Shown here: one piece after another, positions 17,590 to 26,880 of the stretch
Layout of the letters: every line of letters begins with the position of its first letter
Position numbering within the stretch: the stretch's first letter is position 1
NCBI GenBank assembly: GCA_036560825.1
Contig: DATBQN010000004.1
Location: forward strand, 1-42,195
Length of the DNA: 42,195 bases
Reading direction: 5' to 3'
From: Thermoanaerobaculia bacterium
GTDB taxonomy: Bacteria > Acidobacteriota > Thermoanaerobaculia > Multivoradales > UBA5704
Translations under genes and position numbers: made by a program
Notes under the pieces: model-generated
What the model saw: the letters and a program-made list of their open reading frames with translations, nothing else
Told to the model about the DNA's origin: nothing
The model's database searches: none

Positions 17590-20500
17590 ATGAACGGTAC
17601 CCGCCAGGGTGACTTCAGCCGATTTCCGTTCGACCGCAGGAAGCGCTACAGCGCGGTGCGGGTGCAGCAGGGGCGCGTGCAGCTCGACTCCGACTGGAAC
17701 GAGCAGGCCGACATCCTGGCCCACCGCATCGAGACTGCGACGGCGGACCTGCTGGGCGCGAGCGGCGCCCCCGCCGGCGACGCCGGCTTCGGCGTCGTCG
17801 CCGAGGGCTGCTGGCTGGAGCTCGGGCTCGAGCAGCACTTCGTCCTCGTCGGCGGAGCGGAGGGCCTGCGCCTGCCCGAGGTCCCCCCCGGGGCTCCCGA
17901 CGCCGTACCCGGTTTCGCCTTCGAGATCCGGGTGCTGCCGCGGACCGAGGGGCAGGTCTTCGGCTGCTGGGTGCGACGCGCCGGCGACGCCCGGTTCAAG
18001 GCGGTCTACGGGCTGCGGATCGCCGCCGGCCAGCTGCTGTTCGATCGCCCCGGCCTGTCGCCTCTCGCCGCGCCGGCGCGCGCCGATCTCCTCGGCCGCC
18101 GCCACCACGTCGCGGTGCGCTGGAGCGGCGAGGAGACGACGATCCGGCTGGACGGCGAGACCGTCGCCCGGGACGGCAACGGCGTCGCGGTGCCGCCGGG
18201 GCCGGCGCTCTTCCTCCTGGGGTCCCGCGAGGCCCCTTTCCTCGTCGGGCTCTTCGGCGGTCTGCGGCTCTGGGGCGGCGGCCGGAGCGCGGAGAAGCTG
18301 GCGGCCGACCCGCGCGAGCGCGAGCCGACCGGCGCCGAGCCCGACCTGCTGGGCTGGTGGCGCCTCGACGAGGGCGCCGGCGACGGCGCCGACCGCATCC
18401 CCGACCGCGGCCCGCACGGCAACGACGCCCTGATCCGGGGCTCCGAGAGCCCGCCGCGATGGCTCCCCGCCGAGCTCGCGATCGAGGCCGGCCGCTACTA
18501 CGTCGACGGCGTCCTCGGCGAGAGCCTGGAGCGGGTGCCGTTCTCCGGCCAGCCCGATCTGCCGGGAGCCCTGCTGCCGCAGCCGCGCGGCCGCGAGCGG
18601 GAGCACCACCTCTTCTACCTCGACCTCTGGGAGCGCTCCGTCTCCGCCATCGAAGACCCGGCGATCCGCGAGGTCGCCCTCGGCGGGCCGGACACGACGC
18701 TCCGCGACCAGGTGGTGGCGCAGGTCCGCTCCATGCCGGTCCAACTCGCGGCGGAGCGCCCGACCTCCCGCGAGCTCCATGCCGCCTGGCCCGGGCTCAT
18801 CGCGCCGGAGGAAGCGCGGGGCAAGCTCCTCGCCCGCCGCCGCCCGCTCGCGAGCGCGCGGCTCGACAACCTTCTCTACCGGGTCGAGATCCACGATGCC
18901 GGCGATGGGCACACCGCGGCCGTCGAGCGGCTGGCGGCTGCGACCGGCGCCACGCCGGAGACCTGGCTCGTCCTCGCCCCCTGGGACGACCGCTGGCGGC
19001 GCGGGCAGGCGGTGGAGGTCTTTCGCCACGGCGCCGGCCCCCAGGACCAGCCGCGGCCGGTCGCCCGCGTCACCGCCGTCGATCCAGCGGCCCAATCAGT
19101 AGCCGTGGACGTCGACCTCGGCAGGAGCCCGCGGGTCGAGGAGCTGCGGGTGCGTCGCATCGCCACCTTCAAGTGGTCCCGCAACAACGCCGCGCGCGTC
19201 TTCCCCGTCGCCGGGCTCGACGCCGGCAACGGGCTGGTCAAGCTGCAGGCGACGCCCCAGGGCGCGCTGGGCCTCGATCCGGGGAGCTGGGTCGAGGCCG
19301 TCGACGACCGGCTCGCCCTCGCCGCCGGCGCCGAGCCCCTCCACCGCGTCGAGCGGATCGACACCTTGAAGCAGGAGGTCGGCCTCGAGCCGCCGCCGGC
19401 CGCCGGCGTCCCGCCCGAGCGCCATCCGTTCCTGCGCGTCTGGGATCAGGACAAGGGCGTCACCGCCTGGGGCGTAGTGCCCGCCATGGGGGAGAGCTGG
19501 CAGGAGCTCGAGGCGGGGATCGAGATCCGCTTCGCCTACGACGAGCGAGCGCGCGCGCCCTACCGGAGCGGCGACTACTGGTGGATGCCGGCGCGCACGC
19601 TCGCCCAGGACATCGACTGGCCGCGCGACGCCAAGGGCGCGCCGCGGCTGCTGCCGCCCCACGGCGTCGACCATCACCGCGCCCCCCTCGCCCTCCTCAC
19701 CTACGAGCCCGAGGGGTTCCATCTGCTCGACCTGCGGCGGATCTTCCAGCCCTACGTCACCGGCATGGTCAGCAAGGCCGGGGACCGGATGGAGGGACCG
19801 CTCGACATCCATGCCGAGCTCACCGTGTACGGCGCCGTCGCGGGCGAGGGGCGGGCGAGCTTCGGCGAGATCTACGGACCGCTGCGCAGCCCCGACGCCG
19901 TCGGCACGCGGCAGCTCGTGGACCGCGCTGTCACCACGGCGAAGCTCGCCCCCGACGTCGGGCTGGTGCCCGACGGCTGCTCGGTCCTCGGTCCGGCGGC
20001 CGAGCCCCCGCCAGGCTACGAGCACAGCGGCTGGACGCTCACCCCGCTGCAGGAGAGTCCCCGCTGGGTGGATCGGCGGGAGATGCCCGGCGGGCCGCCG
20101 GGGCCGCTCCTCTGCGCCGCCCTCGGCGGCAGGATCCTGACCCTCCTCGAGTCGGGAGTGCTGTGGGAGTTCGATCCGCAGACCGGCCTCTGGCTGCGGC
20201 GGCGGGACCATCCACTCCCGGCGCGGCGCGCGGCAGCCGCGGCCATGAACGGGAGGCTCTACGTGGCCGGCGGCCTCGATTCGACGGGGCGCGCGAGCGG
20301 ACGCCACTTCGAGTACGACCCCGCGACCGACGCCTGGACCGAGCGGGCGAAGCTGCCGACCGCGCGCAGCGCCTTCGCCCTGGCGGCCTGCCAGGGCCGC
20401 CTCCACGCTCTCGGCGGCCGGCGCGACAGCTGGTCGGGCAAGTGCCTCACCGCCCGCCACGAGGTCTACGACCCGGTCACCGACACCTGGAGCCGCCGGC

Positions 20501-20955
20501 GCCCTCTCCCCGAGCGGGTCTGCGAGATCGGCGCCGCGACGATCGCCGACCGCATCCACCTCGTCGGGGGGGAGCGGCGCCTGCTCGCCGGTCGCTGGGG
20601 GCGCGGCCTCACCAACGCCCACCGCCAGTACTACGCGGCGGCGGACCGCTTCGCCGACCGCTCGCCCCTGCCGACCCCGCGGCGGAGCGCGCGGCTGGTC
20701 GAGGCCCTGGGCAGGCTCTACGCGGTGGGCGGCGAGTCGGAGGTCGGCTGGCTGCGGGACTTCGACGGCTACGACCCGGCGATCGACCGCTGGCAGGCCC
20801 AGCCCCCCCTGCACCAGCCGATCGACTCGCCGGGCGCCGCGGCCCTCGGCGGGACCGTGTACGTGGCGGGCTCGCTGCGCGCCGGCAACGCCCTGATCGA
20901 GGAGTGCCGGGTGGCCACCAAGCTCTACGTCCACCGGCGGCTGCCGGGAGGGTAG
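17590..20955 (+). CDS. Fibre/receptor-binding-like protein: DUF6519-like core interrupted by a LamG-like domain, with C-terminal Kelch repeats (1121 aa)
   Basis: N-terminus GDFSRFPFDRRKRYSAVRVQQGRVQLDSDWNEQADI, and later HHLFYLDLWERSVSAIEDPAIREVALGGPDTTLRDQVVAQVR (DUF6519-like, from memory). LamG-like block at ~17911-18390. Kelch-like GRLYVAGG / GRLHALGG / RIHLVGG / GRLYAVGG / GTVYVAGS repeats at ~20105-20890. GAGGAG RBS. Confidence 0.75.
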   Translation: MNGTRQGDFSRFPFDRRKRYSAVRVQQGRVQLDSDWNEQADILAHRIETATADLLGASGAPAGDAGFGVVAEGCWLELGLEQHFVLVGGAEGLRLPEVPPGAPDAVPGFAFEIRVLPRTEGQVFGCWVRRAGDARFKAVYGLRIAAGQLLFDRPGLSPLAAPARADLLGRRHHVAVRWSGEETTIRLDGETVARDGNGVAVPPGPALFLLGSREAPFLVGLFGGLRLWGGGRSAEKLAADPREREPTGAEPDLLGWWRLDEGAGDGADRIPDRGPHGNDALIRGSESPPRWLPAELAIEAGRYYVDGVLGESLERVPFSGQPDLPGALLPQPRGREREHHLFYLDLWERSVSAIEDPAIREVALGGPDTTLRDQVVAQVRSMPVQLAAERPTSRELHAAWPGLIAPEEARGKLLARRRPLASARLDNLLYRVEIHDAGDGHTAAVERLAAATGATPETWLVLAPWDDRWRRGQAVEVFRHGAGPQDQPRPVARVTAVDPAAQSVAVDVDLGRSPRVEELRVRRIATFKWSRNNAARVFPVAGLDAGNGLVKLQATPQGALGLDPGSWVEAVDDRLALAAGAEPLHRVERIDTLKQEVGLEPPPAAGVPPERHPFLRVWDQDKGVTAWGVVPAMGESWQELEAGIEIRFAYDERARAPYRSGDYWWMPARTLAQDIDWPRDAKGAPRLLPPHGVDHHRAPLALLTYEPEGFHLLDLRRIFQPYVTGMVSKAGDRMEGPLDIHAELTVYGAVAGEGRASFGEIYGPLRSPDAVGTRQLVDRAVTTAKLAPDVGLVPDGCSVLGPAAEPPPGYEHSGWTLTPLQESPRWVDRREMPGGPPGPLLCAALGGRILTLLESGVLWEFDPQTGLWLRRRDHPLPARRAAAAAMNGRLYVAGGLDSTGRASGRHFEYDPATDAWTERAKLPTARSAFALAACQGRLHALGGRRDSWSGKCLTARHEVYDPVTDTWSRRRPLPERVCEIGAATIADRIHLVGGERRLLAGRWGRGLTNAHRQYYAAADRFADRSPLPTPRRSARLVEALGRLYAVGGESEVGWLRDFDGYDPAIDRWQAQPPLHQPIDSPGAAALGGTVYVAGSLRAGNALIEECRVATKLYVHRRLPGG

Positions 20956-20970
20956 GGGCGCGGCCCGAGC

Positions 20971-22128
20971 TCAGCCGATGAGGAGCCGCTGGGCCTCCTC
21001 CTGGAGGCGGCTCTCGATCTTCGGCTTGCGCGCCCGGCGGGCGGCCGTCACCAGGCTCGAATAGGTCTCCTCGTCCTGGCGGAAGGCGAGGAGCCACGAG
21101 CCCGTCCGCTCCGCGGCGGCGTCCTCGCCGATGCGCAGCAGCGCCTCGTAAGCGAGGAGGCCGTCGTGCCGTATCCTCGCCGCCAGGGCATCCTGGATCT
21201 CCGCCAGCGGCCGAGCGTCGGCGAGCGCGAAGTCCTCGGCGATGCGGCTCTCGGCGATGAGCCCCGCCACCCCGCGCGCCAGCCGCACCAGCTGCTCGCG
21301 GATGTCGGCGTCGCGCAGGAGGTCGGCGCGGATCTCGTGGCGGGCGATGAGCTCCCGCAGCTCCCGCGCCAGCCTGGGGAGGCGGTCCCTGATCTCCTCG
21401 CCGGCGGGCGCCGCGGTGAGCAGCGCGTGCCGCTCGAGGAGCGCCGCGGTGTCGCGAGCGAGCTCGGCCAGACGGCGCTTCTCCTGCTCGCTGCGCGGCA
21501 GGTCCTTCTCGCCGGCGATCCGATGCGGATCGCACAAGGCTTTGATCTCCGCCGCGATCCGCCGCGCCTCGCCCTCCTGGGGGGCCGCCGCGGCCAGCTC
21601 CGTCGCCACCTCGCGATCGAGCTCGAGGAGCCGGCGCTTCAGCTGCTCGTAGGCGAACTGCTCGGCGATCTTCTCGGCGTCGCCGGGGAGGATCTCCTCC
21701 AGCATGAGACCGGCCAGGACTTTGCGCACGGCGGCGATCTCCGCGTGCTCGCGGCTCGGCGCCTGGAGGCCCTGGTAGAGATCGAACGAGCGCTGCGGCT
21801 GCCCGAGGGCGCGGTTCAAGGCGAGGAGCTCCTGGACCTCGGTGAACCCGGCGTCGCCGCGGCTCGCCAGGCGCTCGCGCTCGTCGCGCCGCGCCTCGAG
21901 GCCGTGGCGGATGCGCTGCGCCGTCGGGTCCGGCCGGGGGTTCGCGAGATCGGCGAGCTCGGCCAGGTCGCGCAGGACGAACGACAGCCGGACGGCGCCG
22001 TACCCGCCCACGTCGCGGCCATGGTCGAAGAGGAAGAGCAGCAGCTCCCCGGCGGCGGCGTAGCCGCCCACCGCGCGCAGCCGCTCCGCCTGGTCGTAGA
22101 TCTCCTTGAACCTCGTCTCGGTCAGCAC
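20971..22128 (-). CDS. Helical hypothetical protein (385 aa), last gene of the tssL-tssM operon
   Basis: GTG start at 22128 with GGAGG 8 nt upstream. Natural residue composition (E/L/R/I/F/Y) versus Arg/Gly/Pro junk in the overlapping frames. No family recognised. Confidence 0.6.
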   Translation of the reverse strand: MLTETRFKEIYDQAERLRAVGGYAAAGELLLFLFDHGRDVGGYGAVRLSFVLRDLAELADLANPRPDPTAQRIRHGLEARRDERERLASRGDAGFTEVQELLALNRALGQPQRSFDLYQGLQAPSREHAEIAAVRKVLAGLMLEEILPGDAEKIAEQFAYEQLKRRLLELDREVATELAAAAPQEGEARRIAAEIKALCDPHRIAGEKDLPRSEQEKRRLAELARDTAALLERHALLTAAPAGEEIRDRLPRLARELRELIARHEIRADLLRDADIREQLVRLARGVAGLIAESRIAEDFALADARPLAEIQDALAARIRHDGLLAYEALLRIGEDAAAERTGSWLLAFRQDEETYSSLVTAARRARKPKIESRLQEEAQRLLIG

Positions 22129-22145
22129 CGGGCAGGCCTCCGCGG

Positions 22146-22481
22146 TCAGGGGGGAAAGGTGTCGACGAGGGTGGGCATGGGGGGCACGCCGGCGACGAGC
22201 AGGATGCCGGGACCGACGACGATGCTGTCTCCCAGGCGCACCAGGGCGAGCCCTGAGACCGTGACCCCGGTGCTGGCGCCGAGCGGCGGGATGGGGATGA
22301 CGTAGGGCACCCCGGAGAGCGAGTTGATCATCTGGCAGCTCGCGCCGGCGGTCGCGAGCGGCATGCCGCTCGCGCTCACGAAGGTCATCGGGACGGAGAC
22401 GATGACGCCGGCGTCGGGGGGGCCGGCCGCCCCGGGGGTGAGGGTGACGATGGCACCGATGGTGACGGGAGGTCCCGGCAT
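22146..22481 (-). CDS. PAAR-like (possibly DUF4150-like) spike-tip protein, 111 aa; tentative
   Basis: Small Gly/Val/Pro-rich beta-type protein. VSASGMPLATAGASC...SGVPYVIPIPPLGAS..VTVSGLALVRLGDSIV resembles degenerate PAAR / PAAR-like repeats. AGGAG RBS between the tssM stop and its ATG. Confidence 0.45.
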   Translation of the reverse strand: MPGPPVTIGAIVTLTPGAAGPPDAGVIVSVPMTFVSASGMPLATAGASCQMINSLSGVPYVIPIPPLGASTGVTVSGLALVRLGDSIVVGPGILLVAGVPPMPTLVDTFPP

Positions 22482-22491
22482 GCTCCTTCTC

Positions 22492-25400
22492 CTAGGTGCC
22501 CGCCGCCGGGACGGCCGGCGCCTCGGTGGGGAAGGCCGGCACCGCCAGCACGGTCTGGGCGGCGTCGGGGGTCGTCAGGGTGAGGCTGATATAGATCCGC
22601 GCCGGCGCCGGAGCGGGCTTCGCCGCGGCGCTGCCGCGCTCCGTGCCGCCGCTCTCCGTGCCGGCGGGCGCCGGCGCCGCGGCGACGGGGATCTCGAAGG
22701 CCAGGGTCCCGGCAGCGCCGGCCGACGCCGCGAGCAGGCGCAGCACGGACCAGGGGGCCGGATAGGTGTAGGTCACGGTCCGGCCGTCGACCCGGGCCAG
22801 CGGGTCTGTCGGTGCCGCCGGCACGGTGGGCGCGTTCTGCGCCCAGCGTAGGGAGAGCGCGAGCGACTGGCCATAGAGCCAGAGCGGCGGCGTCCCGGCG
22901 GCGCCGCTCTGGCCGGCCGGCGGCGGCCCGCTGCTGGCGGAGAGGGCGACCTGGCCGGTCTGCAGGCTGCGTTCGATGATCTCGTTGCCGCGCCGCTCGC
23001 TGCCGGGCTGGGGGCGGAAATTCACCAGCAGGCCGAAGGCGGGGACGTCGGGCGGTTTGGCGGCCGCCGGCTGCGCGGCGCTCGCGGCCCCGGCGGCCGG
23101 CGCCGCGTTGCGGTCGAGGTAGGGGGCGAAGAAGCTCCGCACCTTGGCCATGTCGTCGAGGAAGGCGCGGACCTTCTTCGACGTGGCGGCCGGCCAGGGC
23201 GAAGCCGGGGAGGCGGGTTGCGTCGCGCTGCTGCGGTCGCCGGCGGCAAAGAAGTTGGTCAGCCGCACCTTCTCGGCGTCGAAGACGGCGAAGAAGGCGG
23301 TCAGGTCTCTGTCGGTCGCCGAGCTGGCCGGGCTCTCCGTGCCCGCGGTGAAGGGGTATTTCCCCAGCAGGTGCGAATCGAAGGCCATCTTGACCCTGCC
23401 GTAGGCGGCCTCGCCCGCCCCGTAGTTGAGCTGCAGGCAGCGCTCCGCCGTCTGCTTCTGCAACCCTTTCAGGTCGTCGAGGAAGAGGTCGCAGGGTTGA
23501 CCGTACGCCAGGCCGGGCGGCGTCGTGGTGGAGAAGCAGAGCGTGCTCGGCGGCGGCAGCTTGAGGCAGCTCTCCGTCGTCGCCTTGCCCATGCTCTCGG
23601 TGATGAACGTCTCGAGCAGCAGCAGCGCGTTGCCCGGCGCCTTGTTCTTGTAGTCGCCGAGGTCGCTCTGGATGAGCTTCCAGCGCCGCAGGGGGACCCC
23701 CGAGGCGTCTCCCTCCGCCGCCGCGCCGGCGCCGGTCGCGCTCGTCGCGCCCTTGGTGCCCGCCGTCGCCGTGGCGCCGGCGGTGGAGGCAGAGGCCGTC
23801 GAGCTCTTGCCGTCGGACGGCGCCAGGTCGGCGCCCAGCGGGACGGTGCCGAGGATGGGCGTCGCGTACTGGTCGCTCAGGGTCTGCACGACGCGGCGCT
23901 GGTTCGTCAGGTAGGCGCCGAGCCCGTCGGCGTCGCTGGCGCCGAAGGCCATCCAGGCGAGGTTCTCCGCCGCGCCGCCGTGCCAGGCGGCGAAGCTGCC
24001 CGGCACCGGCTGGTAGAGGCCGAGCTCGCCGCGCAGGTCGTCGAGCTCCTGGAGGAGCTCGCCCTGCTGGTTGGCGAGCGCCCGCGAGAGCTGGCAATAG
24101 GCGAGCTTGGGCGAGCCGCCGCAGCCGGTGACGAGCGGCGGCTTCGAGAAGCCGGCGAGGAGGGCGTTGAGCGGCGTCGCGGCCTGGGCGAGGTTGGCGA
24201 TCTGGGCCTGGAGGAAGCTCTCGCGCAGCGCGCGGGTGGAGAGCTGCGGTCCGGCAGGGAAGCTCTGGGCGCCGGCGATCCCGGTCAGCACGTTGCTCTC
24301 CACCGCCTGCTGGGTGGACTGGCTGACCAGCTGCTGGAACCCCGGGAAGGCGGCGAAGTTGCCGCTCATGAAGCTCTGGTAGCTGGCGTAGAGAGCCGCC
24401 GCCTGCTGCAGCGTTCCGTCGTTCCAGCTCAGATAGGTCCCGCCGGGTGGCGTGACGGCGAACCCGCGGCCGGGCGCGGGCTGGACATAGCGCGTCAGGA
24501 GCGCCTGCAGGGCGGTCTCCAGGCCGAGGATGTTGGCGGCGAGCTTCAGCTGCGCCTGGCCGTCCTTGACGACGAGCAGCGGCCCGGTGGCCGCGGTCGA
24601 GTAGTGGGCGAGGCGGTCGCGGAGGCCGGCGAACACCTTGGCATCCTCCCGGCTCATCGTTTCGGCGAGGCTGGAGCCGAGGAACCGGCTGGCGTCGACC
24701 TGGTCGAGCAGGTTCCGATAGAGGGTGCCGGGCGCTTCCAGGCTGGCGAAGCTCTTGCCGGCCCAGGTGAGCTGTGGCCGCAGCAGATCGGCCGCCGTGC
24801 GCTGGATGTCGGCGAGCAGCGCGCCGTAGACCTGGTACGCGGTCGCCGCCGGCGGCGCCGTCCGCGCCAGCTCGTCGAGCTTCGCCTGCAGCTCGTCGAG
24901 GTCGAGGACGAGGGCGTTCTTCTCGAAGAGCTGGCGGGTGACGCTGCTCTCCCAGGCGAGGACCTTTCCCTTGAGCTCCGCCTGGAGCGGCGGATCGGTG
25001 GGGAAGGGCGGCGCGACGGCGTCGCACAGCACGCCGGTATAGAAGCCGGCGGCCTCCGCCGGCGGGTTGAGGGCGAAGCCGGGCTCGAAGCTGCGCAGCA
25101 GGGCCGAGAAATCGGCGAGCATCCGCTGCGGCAGGTTGCAGCGGGTCGAGGCCATCTCGTCGTAGCGCCGGACGTCGGTCTGGATGTCGGCGAGCTGGCG
25201 CAGGAACCGGTCGAGCTCGCCGTACTGCGGGATCGACGGCAGGTCGTAGACCGGGGTGCGCGGCTCCCCCGCGGGCTCGGCCGGCACCGGCGCGCTCGCG
25301 GCCGCCGCCAGCCGCTCGCCGAGCGAGCCAGCGATGGCGGGGAAGACGACCTTGCCGTAGGCGTCGACGGCGGTCTGCCGGACGCGGCCGGCGTAGCGGT

Positions 25401-26880
25401 TCCACCAGGAGGCGGGGAGGAGGGCCGAGCGCAGCTCGTAGTCTTCGTCGAGATTGGCGACGGGCAGGAGCCCCATGGCGCTCGCGCGCAACTCGGCCGT
25501 GTCCCGGTGGCCGAGGGCGGCGCGGGCCGGCAGGAGGAAGTCGCGGCTCAGGCGGTTGGCGGCGTCGGTCATCGTGCGGTGCCCGCTCCAGATCATCAGC
25601 GGGCCGGCCACGAGGGCGGCGGCGAGAGCGATCTGGAGGGCCGTCTGCCGGCGGCGGCGCCGTCGCTCCACGGCGGCCTGCGGGCGCGCCAGGCTCCACT
25701 CGAAGAGGATCTTGTAGCTCCAGAGATCGCCCACGAAGTCGACCCGCCGGTGCTGGCCGGCCGCCGCCGGGCCAAAGCTCCGGTAGCCCGGCGACGGCTG
25801 CGGCGGCGCCTCCCGGTCGAACCCCTCGCCGCCGAGGAAGTAGAGGCCGCGGACGGGCAGGGCCTCCTCGGCCTCGCCGCCGGAGAAGATCTGGTTCCAG
25901 TAGATCCGCAGCGCCTCGCGCAGCGCCCCGAAGGCCGCCGGCAGGGCGAGGAAGGCCCGCGGCTCGGCGAGCGGCGGGGCCTCGCGGAGCGCGCGGAGCT
26001 GCTGCCGGTCGAGGGCGCCGACGATACTCTCGAAGGCGTCGTCCACCTGCGAATCGCTATAGGGGACGTCGGGCGAGGTGGGGACGGACCAGCCGAGCAT
26101 CTGGTTGCGCTGCTCCGGCTCCAGCGCGGCGACGAAGTCCGCGAAGCCGGGCAACCGGTCGCACTGGGTCACCGCGAAATGCACCGGGAACTCGAAGCCC
26201 AGCGCCTTCCGGGCCTCCTCCAGCCGGTTGCGCAGCAGCTCGGCGCGATGGGCGAGGGCGCTCAGGGACGCGGCGTCGGCCGCATCGTAGGCGAGGAGGT
26301 CGGTCAACGGAACGGAGAGGAGGGCGCCGTCGAGAGGCCGGTGGGTGCGGTAGCGCCGCAGCAGGTCGAGGAGCGCCCGCCAGGCCGGCCCGTCGGAGGT
26401 CCTGCCGTCGAGGCGGAGCACCAGGTCGCCGGCGACGTCGAGCACCACGGCGCGGTCGAAGAGCCACCACTGGCAGGCCGTGGAGGTCCCCTCGGGCTCG
26501 CCGAAGGGCGGTTTGAGAGTCGAATGGGAGAGGAGAGTGGTCTTGCCGGCGGCGGCCGGGCCGAGGCTGAGGAACCAGGGGAGCGCGTAGAGCGGGCGGC
26601 GCCCGGGGAGGTACTGCCGCAGCAGCCGGAGCGTGCGGTCGAGCGACTCGCGCAGCTCCGCCGCCGCCGGCGTGTCGCGGAAGTCCACGACCTTGAGGGT
26701 GGGCTCGCCCCCGCCGTCCTCCTCCCGCGGCTCCCCGCCCTCGAAGTCGGCGTACTCGGCCGAGTCGCGCGCCCGGCCGAGCAGGACCACCAGGGCGAGC
26801 AGCAAGAGGGCGAGAAGCAGCAGGATCGCCCCGAGGACGAAGGGCAGCGAGGCGAAGAGCTGCGCCAGCAGATCCTTCAT
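22492..26880 (-). CDS. tssM: Type VI secretion TssM / IcmF-family inner-membrane protein (1462 aa)
   Basis: N-terminal TM segments, then RRPLYALPWFLSLGPAAAGKTTLLSHS...ACQWWLFDRAVVLDVAGD...HRPLDGALLSVPLTDLL...FPVHFAVTQCDRLPGF, which is the IcmF/TssM P-loop region. Walker A GPAAAGKT lies at 26539-26562. A third TM follows RRRRRRQTALQIALAAALVAGPLMIW, then a long periplasmic part with an IcmF_C-like end (YPAPWSVLRLL...ARIYISLTL). Confidence 0.85.
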   Translation of the reverse strand: MKDLLAQLFASLPFVLGAILLLLALLLLALVVLLGRARDSAEYADFEGGEPREEDGGGEPTLKVVDFRDTPAAAELRESLDRTLRLLRQYLPGRRPLYALPWFLSLGPAAAGKTTLLSHSTLKPPFGEPEGTSTACQWWLFDRAVVLDVAGDLVLRLDGRTSDGPAWRALLDLLRRYRTHRPLDGALLSVPLTDLLAYDAADAASLSALAHRAELLRNRLEEARKALGFEFPVHFAVTQCDRLPGFADFVAALEPEQRNQMLGWSVPTSPDVPYSDSQVDDAFESIVGALDRQQLRALREAPPLAEPRAFLALPAAFGALREALRIYWNQIFSGGEAEEALPVRGLYFLGGEGFDREAPPQPSPGYRSFGPAAAGQHRRVDFVGDLWSYKILFEWSLARPQAAVERRRRRRQTALQIALAAALVAGPLMIWSGHRTMTDAANRLSRDFLLPARAALGHRDTAELRASAMGLLPVANLDEDYELRSALLPASWWNRYAGRVRQTAVDAYGKVVFPAIAGSLGERLAAAASAPVPAEPAGEPRTPVYDLPSIPQYGELDRFLRQLADIQTDVRRYDEMASTRCNLPQRMLADFSALLRSFEPGFALNPPAEAAGFYTGVLCDAVAPPFPTDPPLQAELKGKVLAWESSVTRQLFEKNALVLDLDELQAKLDELARTAPPAATAYQVYGALLADIQRTAADLLRPQLTWAGKSFASLEAPGTLYRNLLDQVDASRFLGSSLAETMSREDAKVFAGLRDRLAHYSTAATGPLLVVKDGQAQLKLAANILGLETALQALLTRYVQPAPGRGFAVTPPGGTYLSWNDGTLQQAAALYASYQSFMSGNFAAFPGFQQLVSQSTQQAVESNVLTGIAGAQSFPAGPQLSTRALRESFLQAQIANLAQAATPLNALLAGFSKPPLVTGCGGSPKLAYCQLSRALANQQGELLQELDDLRGELGLYQPVPGSFAAWHGGAAENLAWMAFGASDADGLGAYLTNQRRVVQTLSDQYATPILGTVPLGADLAPSDGKSSTASASTAGATATAGTKGATSATGAGAAAEGDASGVPLRRWKLIQSDLGDYKNKAPGNALLLLETFITESMGKATTESCLKLPPPSTLCFSTTTPPGLAYGQPCDLFLDDLKGLQKQTAERCLQLNYGAGEAAYGRVKMAFDSHLLGKYPFTAGTESPASSATDRDLTAFFAVFDAEKVRLTNFFAAGDRSSATQPASPASPWPAATSKKVRAFLDDMAKVRSFFAPYLDRNAAPAAGAASAAQPAAAKPPDVPAFGLLVNFRPQPGSERRGNEIIERSLQTGQVALSASSGPPPAGQSGAAGTPPLWLYGQSLALSLRWAQNAPTVPAAPTDPLARVDGRTVTYTYPAPWSVLRLLAASAGAAGTLAFEIPVAAAPAPAGTESGGTERGSAAAKPAPAPARIYISLTLTTPDAAQTVLAVPAFPTEAPAVPAAGT

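Noticed and set aside
14896-19095. 1399-aa minus-strand ORF, plus the 19096-20934 minus-strand ORF
   Set aside because: Antisense to the gpI-like and DUF6519/Kelch genes. Low-complexity Arg/Gly/Ala composition with no motifs.
3610-20955. Interpretation as a prophage tail module
   Set aside because: No capsid, portal, terminase, integrase, lysis or replication genes appear in 42 kb. The DUF4255 cap, AAA+ ATPase and DUF4157 genes point to a CIS/tailocin-like apparatus rather than a phage. Sequence upstream of the window would be needed to be certain.
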